Sequence record: MW598459
Length of the DNA: 64,000 bases
Strand: one strand, 5' to 3'
DNA from: Escherichia phage vB_EcoM_RZ
Part shown: positions 1 through 10,142 of the stretch, in pieces
Position numbering within the stretch: the first letter of the stretch is position 1
Layout of the letters: every line of letters starts with the position of its first letter
Translations under genes and position numbers: made by a program
The notes under the pieces: generated by a model
Databases searched by the model: none
What the model was told of the DNA's origin: nothing
Seen by the model: only the letters and a program-made list of their open reading frames with translations

Positions 1-2
1 CT

Positions 3-941
<939 letters not shown>

Positions 942-970
942 AAGTAAAGCAAACTATTAGAGGACTCAAA

Positions 971-2950
971 ATGGCTTTATTATCTCCGGGCATTGAGCTC
1001 AAAGAAACAACGGTCCAAAGCACTGTTGTTCGTAACGCGACGGGTCGTGCGGCGCTGGTTGGTAAATTCCAGTGGGGCCCAGCTTTCCAGGTAACTCAGA
1101 TTACAAACGAAGTTGAACTTGTTGATTTGTTTGGTGGTCCGAATAATGAAACAGCAGATTACTTTATGAGTGGGATGAACTTCCTGCAATATGGTAATGA
1201 CCTCCGTACTGTACGTGTTGTTAACCGTGACGAAGCTAAAAACGCATCCCCGATTGCTGGCAATATTGAAACTACCATTGTAACTGCTGGTACAAACTAT
1301 GCTGTCGGTGATGTTATTCAGGTTAAACACAACCAGACTGTTGTTGAACCAGCTGGCCGTGTGACCAAGGTCGATGTTGATGGTAAAATTCTGGCAATCT
1401 TTATTCCTACCAATAAGATTATTGCATTTGCTAAAACTATTAATCAGTATCCTAATTTGGGCAGTGCATGGACTGCAGAAGTTACGACCACTTCTTCCGG
1501 TGTATCTGGTACCATCACTGTCGGGAAAATTGTTACCGATTCTGGCATTCTGTTGACTGAAGCAGAAAACAGTGAAGAAGCAATTACTTCTCTGGAATTC
1601 CAGGCATCATTGGCAAAATATGCAATGCCGGGTGTTGTTGCTCTTTATCCTGGTGAAATTGGTTCGACTCTTGAAGTTGAAATCGTATCCAAAGCTGAAT
1701 TTGAAAAAGGCGCAACTGCAAATCTGGATATTTTCCCCGGTGGTGGTTCCCGCGCTTCTATAGCTCGTGCAGTGTTTAACTATGGTCCTCAGACCGAAAA
1801 CCAATATGCAATTATCGTTCGCCGCGATGGTGCAATCGTCGAAAACGTTGTTTTGTCTACTAAGCAGGGCGAAAAAGATGTTTATGGTAATAACATTTAC
1901 CTGGATGACTACTTTGCAAAAGGTACTTCCAACTACATCTATGCAACATCTCGCAACTGGCCTGTAGGCTTCAGTGGTATCATCAATCTGTCTGGTGGTA
2001 TTTCTGCAAACGATAAGATTACCGCTGGTGATTTGATGCAAGGTTGGGACCTGTTCGCTGACCGTGAAGCTCTGCATATCAACCTGCTTATCGCTGGTGC
2101 TTGTGCTGGTGAAGGTGATGCGACCGCTTCCACTGTTCAGAAGCACGTAGTTTCTATTGCTGACGAACGTCAGGATTGCTTGGCATTCATTTCCCCGCCG
2201 AAAGGTCTGTTGGTTAACGTTCCTCTGACCCGTGCAGTGGATAACCTGATTGACTGGCGTACAGGTGCTGGTGCATTTGATACTGATAACATGAATATCA
2301 GCACGACTTATGCAGCGATTGATGGCAACTATAAATATCAGTATGATAAATATAACGACGTTAACCGTTGGGTTCCTCTGGCAGCTGATATGGCTGGACT
2401 GTGTGCTCGTACTGATGATGTTTCTCAGCCTTGGATGTCTCCGGCAGGTTATAATCGTGGTCAGATTCTGAACGTTCTGAAATTGGCTGTTGAACCACGT
2501 CAGACCCAACGTGACCGCATGTATCAGGAAGCTATCAACCCGGTTGTTGGTTTCGCAGGTGGTGATGGTTTTGTTCTGTATGGTGATAAGACTGCAACTA
2601 AAGTTCCATCTCCGATGGACCATATCAACGTTCGCCGTCTTACGAATATGCTGAAGAAAAATATCGGTGACGCATCCAAATATAAACTGTTTGAGCTTAA
2701 CGATAACTTCACTCGTGCATCATTCCGTATGGAAACTTCTCAATACTTGGATGGTATTCGTGCGCTCGGTGGCATTTATGAAGGTCGTGTGGTTTGTGAT
2801 ACTACTAACAACACCCCGGCGGTTATTGACCGAAATGAGTTTGTTGCTAGCATTTATTATAAACCTGCCCGCAGTATTAACTATATACAGCTTAATTTCG
2901 TTGCCACTAGCACTGGTGCTGATTTCGATGAGCTGATTGGGCCACAATAA
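971..2950 (+). CDS. 18: Tail sheath protein gp18
   Basis: 659 aa, same length as T4 gp18; N-terminus MALLSPGIELKETTVQS matches T4 gp18; position after gene 17. Confidence 0.95.
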   Translation: MALLSPGIELKETTVQSTVVRNATGRAALVGKFQWGPAFQVTQITNEVELVDLFGGPNNETADYFMSGMNFLQYGNDLRTVRVVNRDEAKNASPIAGNIETTIVTAGTNYAVGDVIQVKHNQTVVEPAGRVTKVDVDGKILAIFIPTNKIIAFAKTINQYPNLGSAWTAEVTTTSSGVSGTITVGKIVTDSGILLTEAENSEEAITSLEFQASLAKYAMPGVVALYPGEIGSTLEVEIVSKAEFEKGATANLDIFPGGGSRASIARAVFNYGPQTENQYAIIVRRDGAIVENVVLSTKQGEKDVYGNNIYLDDYFAKGTSNYIYATSRNWPVGFSGIINLSGGISANDKITAGDLMQGWDLFADREALHINLLIAGACAGEGDATASTVQKHVVSIADERQDCLAFISPPKGLLVNVPLTRAVDNLIDWRTGAGAFDTDNMNISTTYAAIDGNYKYQYDKYNDVNRWVPLAADMAGLCARTDDVSQPWMSPAGYNRGQILNVLKLAVEPRQTQRDRMYQEAINPVVGFAGGDGFVLYGDKTATKVPSPMDHINVRRLTNMLKKNIGDASKYKLFELNDNFTRASFRMETSQYLDGIRALGGIYEGRVVCDTTNNTPAVIDRNEFVASIYYKPARSINYIQLNFVATSTGADFDELIGPQ

Positions 2951-2992
2951 GACTTTACTTCTGATTTAACTTGGGTTATAATGCGCGTATAA

Positions 2993-3000
2993 TATAAATA
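2993..3000 (+). promoter_or_regulatory. T4-type late promoter TATAAATA upstream of the HNH gene
   Basis: Exact TATAAATA 18 nt upstream of the GTG start at 3018. Confidence 0.5.
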
Positions 3001-3017
3001 CGCGCAAGGATTTACAA

Positions 3018-3623
3018 GTGATTATTTCTAAATTTGTTGAAGTTAAAATACGAAATCATGCAAAATGGTGGAGTGAATACTTAGGTAAAACTCTAACATA
3101 CCATGATGTAATTTCTGTTCCAGTTGAACAAATGCCAGATAATAGTAATAAAAAGATTGAGTGTTCCTGTGATGAATGTGGGGTACATTTTGAGCGCGGC
3201 ATTCAGCTGCTTCGTCGTGTTGATAAACATTTATGTAAAGCATGTTCAAGAAAAGATATTGGACAAAAGAATGTTATTGCGCAAGGTGGTGTACCAAGAC
3301 CATGGCAACGCGGTGAAAAACATCATAGCTGGAAGGGTAATAAGCGCGAATTCTATTTGTATGCTCAACGCGTTCATGCATTGACAAGAGCAAAACATCT
3401 AAAGAATATTTGGTCAACATGGGAAAATGCAGATAAGATAGGAAAATGTGGAGAAGATGGTGCATATCAACTTGACCACAAAGTTTCTATTGCATATGGA
3501 TTTTATAATCACATACCAGAGACTGTTATCGCTTCGCTCAACAATTTAGAAATAGTCACTTGGGAATCTAATAGGTCCAAAGGAAAATCAAATAGTATTG
3601 ACTTATGGGATATATTATCCTGA
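3018..3623 (+). CDS. Free-standing HNH homing endonuclease (GTG start) inserted between genes 18 and 19
   Basis: 201 aa ORF; N-terminal CxxC...CxxC zinc-finger-like motif (ECSCDECG...LCKACS); GEKHHSWKG motif; C-terminal HNH-like motif (QLDHKVSIAYGFYNHIPETVIASLNNLEIVTWESNRSKG); AAGGA ribosome-binding site before the GTG; T4 has no gene at this position. Confidence 0.7.
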   Translation: MIISKFVEVKIRNHAKWWSEYLGKTLTYHDVISVPVEQMPDNSNKKIECSCDECGVHFERGIQLLRRVDKHLCKACSRKDIGQKNVIAQGGVPRPWQRGEKHHSWKGNKREFYLYAQRVHALTRAKHLKNIWSTWENADKIGKCGEDGAYQLDHKVSIAYGFYNHIPETVIASLNNLEIVTWESNRSKGKSNSIDLWDILS

Positions 3624-3647
3624 CAGTAAATGTAATTAAGCAGTAAA

Positions 3648-3700
3648 CCGTAGAACCATTATACAATGCTATAAATAAAAGCATATCATCGGTTCTACGG
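3648..3700. repeat. Inverted repeat with 10 bp arms (CCGTAGAACC / GGTTCTACGG) enclosing a 33 nt loop that carries promoter-like elements
   Basis: Arms at 3648-3657 and 3691-3700 are perfect reverse complements; the loop contains TATAAATA on the plus strand (3670-3677) and TATAAT plus a TGCTTTT box on the minus strand. Confidence 0.55.
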
Positions 3701-3758
3701 ACTCCTCAGAGCTCCTCCAGCGACCTAAATACATTTATTGATGAATCATATTACCTAG

Positions 3759-3766
3759 TATAAATA
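3759..3766 (+). promoter_or_regulatory. T4-type late promoter TATAAATA upstream of gene 19
   Basis: Exact TATAAATA about 50 nt upstream of the gp19 ATG at 3819. Confidence 0.6.
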
Positions 3767-3818
3767 CATGCATCAGGGACGCGTTCGCGCGACCTGTGTC
3801 TATAAAGAGGATTCCTTA

Positions 3819-4310
3819 ATGGAGTTGACCGATATCACACGCGCTTTCGAATCCGGCGACTTTGCTCGCCCTAACCTGTTCGAAGTCGAAATCCCATTCC
3901 TGGGTAAAAACTTTGCTTTCCATTGTAAAGCAGCCCCGATGCCTGCTGGCATTGTAGAAAAAGTTCCTGTTGGTTACATGAACCGTAAAATCAACGTTGC
4001 GGGCGACCGTACATTTGATGACTGGACTATTACGATTTATAACGACGATGCTCATAAAGTTCGTCAAGCAATTGTTGATTGGCAAAATCTGTGTCACGGT
4101 ATGACTAACGAAATCACCGGTGCAGCTCCTGCTGATTATAAGAAAACCGCTACTGTCCGCCAGTTCCATCGTGATGGCAAGACCGTTACGAAAGAAGTTG
4201 TTATTACCGGCATGTGGCCAACCAACGTTGGGGAAGTCCAGATGGATTGGGACTCCAATAACGAAATTGAAACGTTCGAAGCGACGTTCGCAATTGACTG
4301 GTGGGAATAA
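3819..4310 (+). CDS. 19: Tail tube protein gp19
   Basis: Translation from the internal ATG (MELTDITRAFESGDFARPNLFEVEIPF...) matches T4 gp19; AAAGAGGA ribosome-binding site 8 nt upstream; the upstream in-frame ATG at 3768 lies inside the promoter region. Confidence 0.9.
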   Translation: MELTDITRAFESGDFARPNLFEVEIPFLGKNFAFHCKAAPMPAGIVEKVPVGYMNRKINVAGDRTFDDWTITIYNDDAHKVRQAIVDWQNLCHGMTNEITGAAPADYKKTATVRQFHRDGKTVTKEVVITGMWPTNVGEVQMDWDSNNEIETFEATFAIDWWE

Positions 4311-4311
4311 G

Positions 4312-4319
4312 TATAAATA
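4312..4319 (+). promoter_or_regulatory. T4-type late promoter TATAAATA upstream of gene 20
   Basis: Exact TATAAATA immediately after the gp19 stop. Confidence 0.55.
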
Positions 4320-4327
4320 AAGTTATT

Positions 4328-4345
4328 ATGAGGCTTCGGCCTCAT
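4328..4345 (+). other. Stem-loop (ATGAGGC-UUCG-GCCUCAT) between genes 19 and 20
   Basis: 7 bp stem with UUCG tetraloop; not followed by a T-run, so more likely an RNA stabiliser or attenuator than a strong terminator. Confidence 0.45.
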
Positions 4346-4367
4346 TTCCCAAACTTCGGAGACTCTA

Positions 4368-5942
4368 ATGGCAGGTTTTAATACAATACTAAATTTTCTT
4401 AAGCCTTGGGCTAAAGAAGATGAACAAGAATATAAGCAACAAGAAAAAAATAATTTAGAGTCAATGACCGGGCCGAAGTTTGATGATGGGGCTCGCGAAA
4501 TTGAGTCACAAGAACAAAACGTCCCGTATAATGCATTGATGCAACAGATGTTCGGGAGCAATGAACCTGAAGTAAAAAATACCAGGGAATTAATTGACAC
4601 CTACCGCAACTTACTAAATAATTATGAAGTTGATAACGCAGTGCAAGAAATTGTGTCTGATGCTATCGTTTTTGAAGACGGTAAAGATGTTGTAGCTCTT
4701 AACCTTGATGCTACCGAATTTAGTCAGAAAATTAAAGACCGAATCCTCGAAGAATTTTCGGAAGTCAATAACCTCCTTAATTTCGAGCGCAAAGGTTCTG
4801 ACCACTTTAAACGTTGGTATGTGGATTCTCGAATTTTCTTCCACAAAATTATCAACCCATCAAAACTTAAAGATGGAGTTCAAGAACTTCGTCGCCTTGA
4901 CCCAAGACAAATCCAGTTCATCCGTGAAATCGTTACACGCATGGAAAACGGTACAAAAATTGTCGACGGTTACAGAGAATATTTTGTATACGATACTGGC
5001 CATGAAAGTTATTGTGCCGATGGTCGTATATATGAAGCAGGTACTAAAATAAAAATTCCTCGTGCGGCGATTGTATATGCGCATTCTGGATTACTTGATT
5101 GCTGCGGCAAGAATATCATCGGATACTTGCAACGAGCAATTAAACCTGCAAACCAATTAAAACTATTAGAAGATGCTTTAGTCATTTATCGTATAACTCG
5201 TGCTCCAGACCGCCGAGTCTTTTATATCGATACCGGGAATATGCCGTCCCGTAAAGCAGCAGCACACATGCAACATATTATGAACACGATGAAAAACCGT
5301 GTCGTATATGATGCAACTACGGGTAAAATCAAAAACCAACAGCACAACATGTCAATGACGGAAGACTATTGGTTGCAACGTCGTGATGGTAAAGCAGTCA
5401 CTGAAGTTGATACACTCCCGGGTGCACAAGGCATGTCGGATATGGACGATGTTCGCTGGTTTAAGAACAACCTATATCAGGCTCTCCGAATTCCATTATC
5501 TCGTATCCCTAATGACCAAAACAGTGGTGTTATGTTTGATGCGGGCGCGACAATTACTCGCGATGAATTGAATTTCTCTAAATGGATTCGACAGCTACAG
5601 AATAAATTTGAAGAAGTTTTCCTCGACCCACTTAAAACCAACCTTATCCTGAAAAAAATTATTTCAGAAGAGGAATGGGAAAAGGAACTAAATAATATTA
5701 AAGTTACGTTCAACCGTGATAGCTATTTCACTGAAATGAAAGATGCAGAAATCATGGAACGCAGAATCAATATGCTAACGATGGCTGAACCGTTTATCGG
5801 TAAATATATTTCGCATCAAACGGCTATGAAGGATTTCCTCCAGATGTCTGATGAAGAAATTAATCAAGAAGCTAAGCAAATTGAATTGGAGTCCAAAGAG
5901 GCTCGTTTCCAAAACCCTGAAGAAGAAGAAGAGGATTTCTAA
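4368..5942 (+). CDS. 20: Portal vertex protein gp20
   Basis: 524 aa, same length as T4 gp20, with extensive identity (e.g. ...[34 protein letters not shown]...); GGAG ribosome-binding site. Confidence 0.95.
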   Translation: MAGFNTILNFLKPWAKEDEQEYKQQEKNNLESMTGPKFDDGAREIESQEQNVPYNALMQQMFGSNEPEVKNTRELIDTYRNLLNNYEVDNAVQEIVSDAIVFEDGKDVVALNLDATEFSQKIKDRILEEFSEVNNLLNFERKGSDHFKRWYVDSRIFFHKIINPSKLKDGVQELRRLDPRQIQFIREIVTRMENGTKIVDGYREYFVYDTGHESYCADGRIYEAGTKIKIPRAAIVYAHSGLLDCCGKNIIGYLQRAIKPANQLKLLEDALVIYRITRAPDRRVFYIDTGNMPSRKAAAHMQHIMNTMKNRVVYDATTGKIKNQQHNMSMTEDYWLQRRDGKAVTEVDTLPGAQGMSDMDDVRWFKNNLYQALRIPLSRIPNDQNSGVMFDAGATITRDELNFSKWIRQLQNKFEEVFLDPLKTNLILKKIISEEEWEKELNNIKVTFNRDSYFTEMKDAEIMERRINMLTMAEPFIGKYISHQTAMKDFLQMSDEEINQEAKQIELESKEARFQNPEEEEEDF

Positions 5943-6202
5943 TGGATGATTTATTTGAAGCCATTAAATCAAACGACCTCGTAGCCGTTCGCAAATATTT
6001 TGCTGAAAACATTGGCCCAGTATGCGGTAGTTTGATTGAAGAACGTAAGATTGAAATTGCACGTTCCATCATGATTGAAGGCGAAGAGCCTAAAGATGAT
6101 GAAGATGAAGACAAGGACGACGGTAAAGCAGAAAAGAAAGACAAAAAAGAATCTGATGACGCTGACGAAGGCGACGATGATGAAGATGAGGACGATGAAT
6201 AA
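5942..6202 (+). CDS. 67: Prohead core protein gp67
   Basis: 86 aa with acidic D/E-rich C-terminus; TAATG overlap with gp20; T4 gene order 20-67-68-21. Confidence 0.8.
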   Translation: MDDLFEAIKSNDLVAVRKYFAENIGPVCGSLIEERKIEIARSIMIEGEEPKDDEDEDKDDGKAEKKDKKESDDADEGDDDEDEDDE

Positions 6203-6630
6203 TGTTTATTATCCCTGATGATTACGAATTAACTCTTGAAAACATCGAAAGTGTTTCCGAAGAAGCTCAGGGACAATTTGATTCATTATCTGAAGCCTTA
6301 GAAAAAGACGATATAAATATTATTGTAGAAAACATGTTTGCAGCCGGTGAATACGAAAAAGCAACGGTTATCGGCGCTCTGAATGAAGGTGTTCAGCTTA
6401 ACGAATTTATCGTTAAACATGTATCGTCTCGCGGTGAGTTAACCCGCACAAAAGACCGAGCTACTCGTAAGCGTAATGCTTTCCAAACAACTGGTCTTTC
6501 TAAAGCTAAACGTCGTCAAATTGCCCGTCTGGCTACTAAAACGAAAAGAGCAAACCCATCTACGCAAATCAGAGCAGAGCGCAAGCGCAAAAAAGCTCGA
6601 GCTAAGCGTAAAGCATTCGGACTTGATTAA
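6202..6630 (+). CDS. 68: Prohead core protein gp68
   Basis: 142 aa with basic C-terminal tail; position between 67 and 21 as in T4. Confidence 0.75.
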   Translation: MFIIPDDYELTLENIESVSEEAQGQFDSLSEALEKDDINIIVENMFAAGEYEKATVIGALNEGVQLNEFIVKHVSSRGELTRTKDRATRKRNAFQTTGLSKAKRRQIARLATKTKRANPSTQIRAERKRKKARAKRKAFGLD

Positions 6631-7268
6631 TGGAACAGAAACCAGAGTTACTAATCGAACACTGGGGTCAACCGGGCGAAATTAAAGATGGTGTACCGAT
6701 GTTGGAATCTCATGATGGTTCCAGCAGCGGTTTAAAGCCAGGACTTTATATTGAAGGTATTTTCCTACAAGCTGAAGTTGTTAACCGTAATAAACGACTT
6801 TATCCTAAACATATTTTGGAAAAAGCCGTTGCGGACTATATCGCCGAACAGGTTGAAACCAAGCAGTCTCTTGGAGAATTAAACCATCCACCTCGTGCAA
6901 ACGTTGACCCTATGCAGGCGGCAATTATTATCGAGGAAATGTGGTGGAAAGGGAATGATGTATATGGCCGCGCTCGTATTATCGAAGGCGACCATGGCCC
7001 AGGTGATAAACTTGCTGCGAATATAAGAGCAGGTTGGATTCCTGGTGTATCTAGTCGTGGACTTGGTTCCCTGACTAAATCAGCAAAAGGTTATAGCATC
7101 GTTAATGAAGGTTTTAAATTGACGGTTGGAGTAGACGCAGTATGGGGGCCAAGTGCTCCGGACGCTTGGGTCAAACCAAAGCAGATTACAGAATCACAAA
7201 CGGCTGTTGCCGATACCAGTGCCGATGACGCCTTTATGGCTCTCGCAGAGGCTTTAAAGGCGTTATAA
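6630..7268 (+). CDS. 21: Prohead core scaffold protease gp21
   Basis: 212 aa, same length as T4 gp21; near-identical core (GQPGEI.DGVPMLESHDG...ELNHPPRANVDPMQAAIIIE.MWWKGNDVYGRAR). Confidence 0.95.
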   Translation: MEQKPELLIEHWGQPGEIKDGVPMLESHDGSSSGLKPGLYIEGIFLQAEVVNRNKRLYPKHILEKAVADYIAEQVETKQSLGELNHPPRANVDPMQAAIIIEEMWWKGNDVYGRARIIEGDHGPGDKLAANIRAGWIPGVSSRGLGSLTKSAKGYSIVNEGFKLTVGVDAVWGPSAPDAWVKPKQITESQTAVADTSADDAFMALAEALKAL

Positions 7269-7271
7269 ATA
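7264..7271 (+). promoter_or_regulatory. T4-type late promoter TATAAATA upstream of gene 22
   Basis: Exact TATAAATA right after the gp21 stop. Confidence 0.55.
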
Positions 7272-7300
7272 AATGTATATCTTAACAACAGGACTACAAA

Positions 7301-8119
7301 ATGCTTAAAGAACAACTCATTGCCGAAGCTCAGAATATCGATGCTTCCGTTGCTCTCGATAGTATTTTCGAATCAGTTAATTTGTCCCCGGAAGCGAAAG
7401 CTACCTTCGGCACTGTATTCGAAGCTACCGTCAAGCAACACGCCATCAAACTGGCAGAATCTCACATTCACGCCATCGCTGAAAAAGCTGAAGAAGAAGT
7501 CGAAAAGAATAAAGAAGAATCCGACGAAAAAGCAGAGAAAAAACTGAAAGAATCTGCAGCTAAATTCCTGGACCACGTTGCTAAAGAATGGCTTGCTGAA
7601 AATAAACTGGCTGTCGACCGTGGCATTAAAGCTGACCTGTTCGAATCCATGTTCACCGGCATGAAAGAACTGTTCGTTGAGCACAACGTTGTTGTTCCGG
7701 AAGAATCTGTCGATGTTGTCGCAGAAATGCAGGAAGAACTGGCTGAACAGAAAGAAGAAACCGCTAGCCTGTTCGAAGAAGTTTCTAAGCGTGATGCTTA
7801 TATCAATTATGTCCAACGTGAAGTTGCGTTGACTGAAGCAACTAAAGACCTGACTGAATCTCAGAAAGAAAAAGTTGGTTCTCTGGTAGAAGGCATGGAA
7901 TACTCTGATGCATTCGGTACCAAAATTGGCGCTATCGTTGAAATGGTTAAAGGACAGGTAGAACCCACCGACAAACCAATCACCGAAGCCGCTATAAATA
8001 AAAATGTAGACGATGCTGCGGCACTGAATTACATTTCAGAAGCAGTTGAAGAAAAAGGCGCCAAGCCTACCCTGTCCTTCGCGGACTTGTCTGCTCTCGC
8101 AGCATCACGAATTTCTTAA
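7301..8119 (+). CDS. 22: Prohead scaffolding core protein gp22
   Basis: 272 aa, acidic and coiled-coil-like (E/K/A-rich); position between 21 and 23. Confidence 0.85.
   Translation: MLKEQLIAEAQNIDASVALDSIFESVNLSPEAKATFGTVFEATVKQHAIKLAESHIHAIAEKAEEEVEKNKEESDEKAEKKLKESAAKFLDHVAKEWLAENKLAVDRGIKADLFESMFTGMKELFVEHNVVVPEESVDVVAEMQEELAEQKEETASLFEEVSKRDAYINYVQREVALTEATKDLTESQKEKVGSLVEGMEYSDAFGTKIGAIVEMVKGQVEPTDKPITEAAINKNVDDAAALNYISEAVEEKGAKPTLSFADLSALAASRIS
7993..8000 (+). promoter_or_regulatory. T4-type late promoter TATAAATA inside the 3' end of gene 22, upstream of gene 23
   Basis: Exact TATAAATA about 140 nt upstream of the gp23 ATG; T4 likewise has a gene 23 late promoter within gene 22. Confidence 0.55.
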
Positions 8120-8140
8120 TTTAATAAGGTTATACAACAC

Positions 8141-9700
8141 ATGAAAAAGAATGCATTAGTTCAAAAATGGTCCGCTCTGCTGGAAAACGAAGCTCTTCCG
8201 GAAATCGTTGGTGCTTCTAAACAAGCTATCATCGCTAAAATCTTTGAAAACCAGGAACAAGATATTCTGACCGCTCCTGAATACCGTGACGAAAAAATCT
8301 CCGAAGCATTTGGTTCTTTCCTGACCGAAGCTGAAATCGGTGGTGACCATGGTTATGATGCTACCAATATTGCTGCTGGCCAGACCTCTGGTGCAGTAAC
8401 TCAGATTGGGCCGGCAGTTATGGGTATGGTTCGTCGTGCTATCCCGCATCTGATTGCGTTTGATATTTGTGGCGTACAGCCTCTGAACAACCCGACTGGC
8501 CAGGTATTTGCACTGCGTGCAGTATACGGTAAAGACCCTGTCGCTGCTGGTGCTAAAGAAGCTTTCCATCCGATGTATGCTCCGAACGCTATGTTCTCTG
8601 GTCAGGGCGCTGCTCAGACTTTTGAAGCACTGGCTGCAAGCAAAGTTCTGGAAGTTGGTAAAATTTATTCTCACTTCTTCGAAGCAACCGGTTCTGCACA
8701 CTTCCAGGCTGTTGAAGCTGTAACTGTTGATGCTGCTGCTACCGATGCTGCTAAACTTGACGCTGCTGTTACCGCTCTGGTTGAAGCTGGTCAGCTGGCT
8801 GAACTGGCTGAAGGTATGGCTACCTCCATCGCCGAACTGCAAGAAGGTTTTAACGGTTCCCAGGATAACCCGTGGAACGAAATGGGCTTCCGCATCGACA
8901 AACAAGTTATCGAAGCTAAATCCCGTCAGCTGAAAGCAAGCTACTCCATCGAACTGGCACAGGACCTCCGCGCTGTTCACGGTATGGATGCTGATGCCGA
9001 ATTGAGTGGTATTCTGGCTACCGAAATTATGCTGGAAATCAACCGCGAAGTTATCGATTGGATTAACTACTCCGCACAGGTTGGTAAATCTGGTATGACC
9101 AACACCGTTGGCGCTAAAGCTGGTGTGTTTGACTTCCAGGACCCGATTGATATCCGTGGTGCTCGTTGGGCTGGTGAAAGCTTCAAAGCTTTACTGTTCC
9201 AGATTGATAAAGAAGCCGCTGAAATCGCTCGTCAGACCGGTCGTGGTGCAGGTAACTTCATCATCGCTTCCCGTAACGTAGTTAACGTGCTGGCTGCTGT
9301 TGATACTTCTGTTAGTTATGCTGCTCAGGGTCTGGGTAAAGGTTTCAACGTTGACACCACTAAAGCTGTGTTCGCTGGTGTACTTGGTGGTAAATACCGC
9401 GTATACATCGACCAGTATGCTCGTGCAGATTACTTCACCATCGGTTACAAAGGCGCTAACGAAATGGATGCTGGTATCTACTACGCACCATATGTTGCAC
9501 TGACCCCGCTGCGTGGTTCTGACCCGAAAAACTTCCAGCCGGTTATGGGCTTCAAAACCCGTTACGGTATCGGTATCAACCCGTTTGCTGACCCTGCTGC
9601 TCAGGCTCCGACCAAGCGCATTCAGAACGGCATGCCGGACATCGTTAACAGCCTTGGCTTGAACGGTTACTTCCGCCGCGTATATGTTAAAGGAATTTAA
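8141..9700 (+). CDS. 23: Major capsid protein gp23
   Basis: 519 aa (T4 gp23 is 521 aa); strong match to remembered T4 gp23 throughout. Confidence 0.97.
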   Translation: MKKNALVQKWSALLENEALPEIVGASKQAIIAKIFENQEQDILTAPEYRDEKISEAFGSFLTEAEIGGDHGYDATNIAAGQTSGAVTQIGPAVMGMVRRAIPHLIAFDICGVQPLNNPTGQVFALRAVYGKDPVAAGAKEAFHPMYAPNAMFSGQGAAQTFEALAASKVLEVGKIYSHFFEATGSAHFQAVEAVTVDAAATDAAKLDAAVTALVEAGQLAELAEGMATSIAELQEGFNGSQDNPWNEMGFRIDKQVIEAKSRQLKASYSIELAQDLRAVHGMDADAELSGILATEIMLEINREVIDWINYSAQVGKSGMTNTVGAKAGVFDFQDPIDIRGARWAGESFKALLFQIDKEAAEIARQTGRGAGNFIIASRNVVNVLAAVDTSVSYAAQGLGKGFNVDTTKAVFAGVLGGKYRVYIDQYARADYFTIGYKGANEMDAGIYYAPYVALTPLRGSDPKNFQPVMGFKTRYGIGINPFADPAAQAPTKRIQNGMPDIVNSLGLNGYFRRVYVKGI

Positions 9701-9720
9701 TCCTAGATTAAATTAAATAG

Positions 9721-9751
9721 AAAGGGACCCTTGAGGTCCCTTTCTTGTTTT
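9721..9751. terminator. Bidirectional intrinsic terminator (GGGACC-loop-GGTCCC flanked by A- and T-runs)
   Basis: 6 bp GC stem at 9724-9729 / 9735-9740, followed by TTTCTTGTTTT; A-run upstream allows function on the minus strand too. Confidence 0.7.
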
Positions 9752-10032
9752 CATACCATACCATTTAAATGAACTTCTACCCGGCGCTTGATAAGGTCTC
9801 TGAAGTTAACATTGTTTTCTTGAAGTTTCAACCAGTTACCATTTTTATCTTTAGTGTGAGTAGAATAATTACCATTCCACCAGAAATCAGTGTCATATGC
9901 TAAGTTTTCATATTTTTTAACTAGTTTGTTCAGAGCATTACCATTAACACCATTTGGGTATTTGTTGACCAAGGCAATAACTTCAATTTCCAGATTTTTA
10001 AAGGTGTTCAGAAGGAAAGTTGCTTTGTTCAT
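9751..10032 (-). CDS. Hypothetical early protein (93 aa) embedded between genes 23 and 24
   Basis: Minus-strand ORF with its own early promoter and conserved leader (CTGGAG...ATG); T4 carries segD at this position instead. Confidence 0.5.
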   Translation of the reverse strand: MNKATFLLNTFKNLEIEVIALVNKYPNGVNGNALNKLVKKYENLAYDTDFWWNGNYSTHTKDKNGNWLKLQENNVNFRDLIKRRVEVHLNGMV

Positions 10033-10073
10033 TTTTAAACTCCAGGTTTTGTTTGTTAACTCAGTATGGAATC

Positions 10074-10103
10074 ATTATGTCTTATCTTAATCTGGTTGTA
10101 AAC
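10074..10103 (-). promoter_or_regulatory. Early-type promoter (GTTTACA -35, CATAAT -10) with conserved leader
   Basis: Minus strand reads GTTTACA, then a 17-18 nt spacer, then CATAAT; followed by the ACTGAGTTA(A/C)CA leader and CTGGAG ribosome-binding site shared with cassettes at 31988 and 48868. Confidence 0.55.
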
Positions 10104-10109
10104 AACTTT

Positions 10110-10117
10110 TATAAATA
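10110..10117 (+). promoter_or_regulatory. T4-type late promoter TATAAATA upstream of gene 24
   Basis: Exact TATAAATA about 25 nt upstream of the gp24 ATG. Confidence 0.55.
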
Positions 10118-10142
10118 AAGTATATCACAAAAGGAAATAGCA

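Noticed and set aside
1607-2623. 338 aa minus-strand ORF inside the tail sheath gene
   Set aside because: Entirely antisense to the well-supported gp18 frame, no ribosome-binding site, and low-complexity composition; an artefact of a long sense ORF.
7373-7816. 147 aa minus-strand ORF inside gene 22
   Set aside because: Antisense to gp22; the F-rich low-complexity translation mirrors the E/K-rich sense frame.
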